Origin: an uncultured Candidatus Saccharibacteria bacterium
GTDB taxonomy: Bacteria > Patescibacteriota > Saccharimonadia > Saccharimonadales > UBA7683
NCBI GenBank assembly: GCA_964448015.1
Contig: CAYUUV010000001.1
Coordinates: 13,147-54,621, forward strand
Length of the DNA stretch: 41,475 nucleotides
Direction: 5' to 3'
The notes beneath the pieces were generated by a model, which was given only the letters and a program-made list of their open reading frames with translations, was not told where the DNA came from and did not search any database. Both the position numbers and the translations under genes were made by a program. Shown here piece by piece: positions 39,691 to 41,475 of this stretch (positions are counted from its first letter, which is position 1; every line of letters starts with the position of its first letter).

Positions 39691-41475
39691 TTACTGTTTT
39701 TTGAGACGCTTGCGTTTATTGGGGTCGAGTTCGCGCTTTCGTAGACGCAGATTTTGTGGCGTAACCTCAAGCAACTCATCGTTTTCGATAAAATCGAGAC
39801 ACTGTTCTAAGCTCAAAGTAGTGTGCGGGGTTAGCTGGACAATTCCATCTGAGCTTGATGAGCGAATGTTGGTGAGGTGCTTTTCTTTTACAATATTAAT
39901 TTCTAAATCATCGCCACGGTTATTCAAGCCGATCACCTGCCCGGCATATACCTTTTCACCAGGCCCAACAAAAATTTCACCTCTTGCTTGGGCATTTTCT
40001 AAGCTGTATGGTGTTGAGGTACCTTGCTCAAATGAAATCAAAGCACCGTTTCTCAGTTGTTGCAGTGGCGCACCCAGCGGCTGGTAGCCAATAGTCAGGC
40101 TATTCATAATAACGGTACCCTTCGTCGCGGTAATCAGGATATTGCGCAGACCCAACAATGCGCGGGTTGGCAGCTCGTAGACTAATTTTGTGGCACCTTG
40201 AGACGTACTAAATTGTTCTTTCAGAGATGCACGGCGCTGACCGAGTTCCATCTGCACACTACCGGCATGTTCAGCGGGAACTTCAATAATAAGTTCTTCC
40301 AGCGGCTCCATGGTTTGCCCGTCTTCTTCTTTGGTCACCACCTGCGGGCGGCCAACTTCAAATTCATAGCCCTCGCGACGCATCGTTTCAATTAAGACTG
40401 AAAGGTGAAGCTCTCCACGACCGGAAACCAAAAAACCAATCCCATCTTCTTTGACACGCAGTCCGATATTTACCTCCAGCTCTCGTTGCAATCTGTCTGC
40501 AATCTGGCGAGAGGTATTAAATTCACCCTCTTGACCCTTGAAAGGGCTGGTATTTGGACCCAAGTAGACCTGGAGGGTTGGAGCCTCTACTTCAAGTACT
40601 GGTAACGCCTCTGGCTGGTTAGCATCGGCTACTGTTTCACCAATTTGTACATCTTTGAGGCCGGTAATCTGCACGATATCGCCTGCAATACCACCAGGAA
40701 CTTCAAACTTCGTCACACCGCGACTCATAAATACTAGTTCTGCTTTTGCCTTCACAATACTGCCATCTTTTTTACACACCGCAATTGCATCACCAGGCTT
40801 GACTGTGCCGCGGTTAATACGGCCAATGGCGTACTTTCCCTTGAAGCTATCGTAGGCCAGCGCGGTCACCAGCATCTGGAATGGTTTGTCTTGCTCAACC
40901 GTTGGTGCGGGTACTTCGTTAATAATTGCATCGAAGATAACTTCAAGATCAGCCTCTTTTGTTGAGTCAGCTGGAACTTCCTTCCAAGCCTTGCCTTCAC
41001 GACCAATGGCATAATAAATAGGATAGTGTAGCTGGTCTTCATGCACTGCAAGTTCTAAAAAGAGGTCGGCCAGTTCATCTTCAACCTCTTGCAGACGAGA
41101 ACCTGGTTTGTCGATTTTATTAATAACCACAATTGGCTTGAGCTCATTCGCTAGCGCCTTGGTGAGCACAAACTTAGTTTGGGGCATCGGGCCTTCTTGG
41201 GCATCAACAATTAATACGCATCCATCAGCCATATTTAGTGTTCGCTCTACCTCGCCAGAAAAGTCGGCGTGACCGGGAGTATCGATAATATTAATACGGT
41301 ACTCGTTATGTTGCACGGCAGTAATTTTGGCCGTGATGGTAATGCCGCGTTCTCGTTCTTGATCGCCTGAATCCATAATCAGCTCTTGGCTCATTTCAGC
41401 CTGATTCTCGCGGAAAGTCTGCGACTGCTTCAACAGCCCGTCTACAAGCGTTGTCTTCCCGTGATCAACGTGAGC
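39691..41475 (-). CDS. typA: Translational GTPase TypA/BipA (5' end beyond the window)
   Basis: The window edge reads AHVDHGKTTLVDGLLKQSQTF. DTPGHADF and NKID motifs are present, followed by EF-G-like domains. The 'M' in the track is an internal TTG. Confidence 0.95.
   Translation of the reverse strand, partial: AHVDHGKTTLVDGLLKQSQTFRENQAEMSQELIMDSGDQERERGITITAKITAVQHNEYRINIIDTPGHADFSGEVERTLNMADGCVLIVDAQEGPMPQTKFVLTKALANELKPIVVINKIDKPGSRLQEVEDELADLFLELAVHEDQLHYPIYYAIGREGKAWKEVPADSTKEADLEVIFDAIINEVPAPTVEQDKPFQMLVTALAYDSFKGKYAIGRINRGTVKPGDAIAVCKKDGSIVKAKAELVFMSRGVTKFEVPGGIAGDIVQITGLKDVQIGETVADANQPEALPVLEVEAPTLQVYLGPNTSPFKGQEGEFNTSRQIADRLQRELEVNIGLRVKEDGIGFLVSGRGELHLSVLIETMRREGYEFEVGRPQVVTKEEDGQTMEPLEELIIEVPAEHAGSVQMELGQRRASLKEQFSTSQGATKLVYELPTRALLGLRNILITATKGTVIMNSLTIGYQPLGAPLQQLRNGALISFEQGTSTPYSLENAQARGEIFVGPGEKVYAGQVIGLNNRGDDLEINIVKEKHLTNIRSSSSDGIVQLTPHTTLSLEQCLDFIENDELLEVTPQNLRLRKRELDPNKRKRLKKQ

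Overview
Gene-dense 41.5-kb chromosomal segment, about 50 genes and mostly on the minus strand. The gene content suggests a small-genome CPR/Patescibacteria (Saccharibacteria-like) bacterium; this is inference, since no database search was possible. Most of the window is housekeeping: gap, ppa, trxB plus a glutaredoxin-like gene, pheS/pheT, typA (cut by the right edge), rmuC, an NDH-2-like dehydrogenase, FKBP, two ABC systems, a ZIP transporter with a Fur-family regulator, a MIP channel, MgtC, SemiSWEET and YajQ. No rRNA, tRNA, CRISPR array, transposase or integrase was seen. Six items found by hand-reading the DNA stand out. (1) A complete type III hammerhead ribozyme lies on the minus strand at 23341-23405, 17 nt upstream of the start codon of a P-loop kinase-like gene. 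It is preceded by about 220 nt of hairpin-dense non-coding sequence. (2) A family of TGTCAT...ATGACA palindromic elements occurs in intergenic DNA. The same family is also inserted in frame into coding genes: two 96-bp copies in pheT and one 30-bp unit in a flavoprotein reductase. (3) A classical Phe-rich leader-peptide attenuator (MMSQANFFFSFFETR, with 1:2, 2:3 and 3:4 helices and a U6 terminator) sits upstream of pheS. (4) pheS and pheT are separated by four translationally coupled genes. (5) Two four-helix-bundle (rRNA-IVS/Avd-like) genes are each bracketed by long imperfect inverted repeats and wedged between housekeeping genes. (6) A diverged copy of the yajQ 3' end lies 268 bp downstream of the intact gene and looks like an integration scar. 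Several ORF starts from the track were re-set, because it uses GTG/TTG starts and the longest frame. Small ORFs below the track cutoff were added where the sequence supports them.
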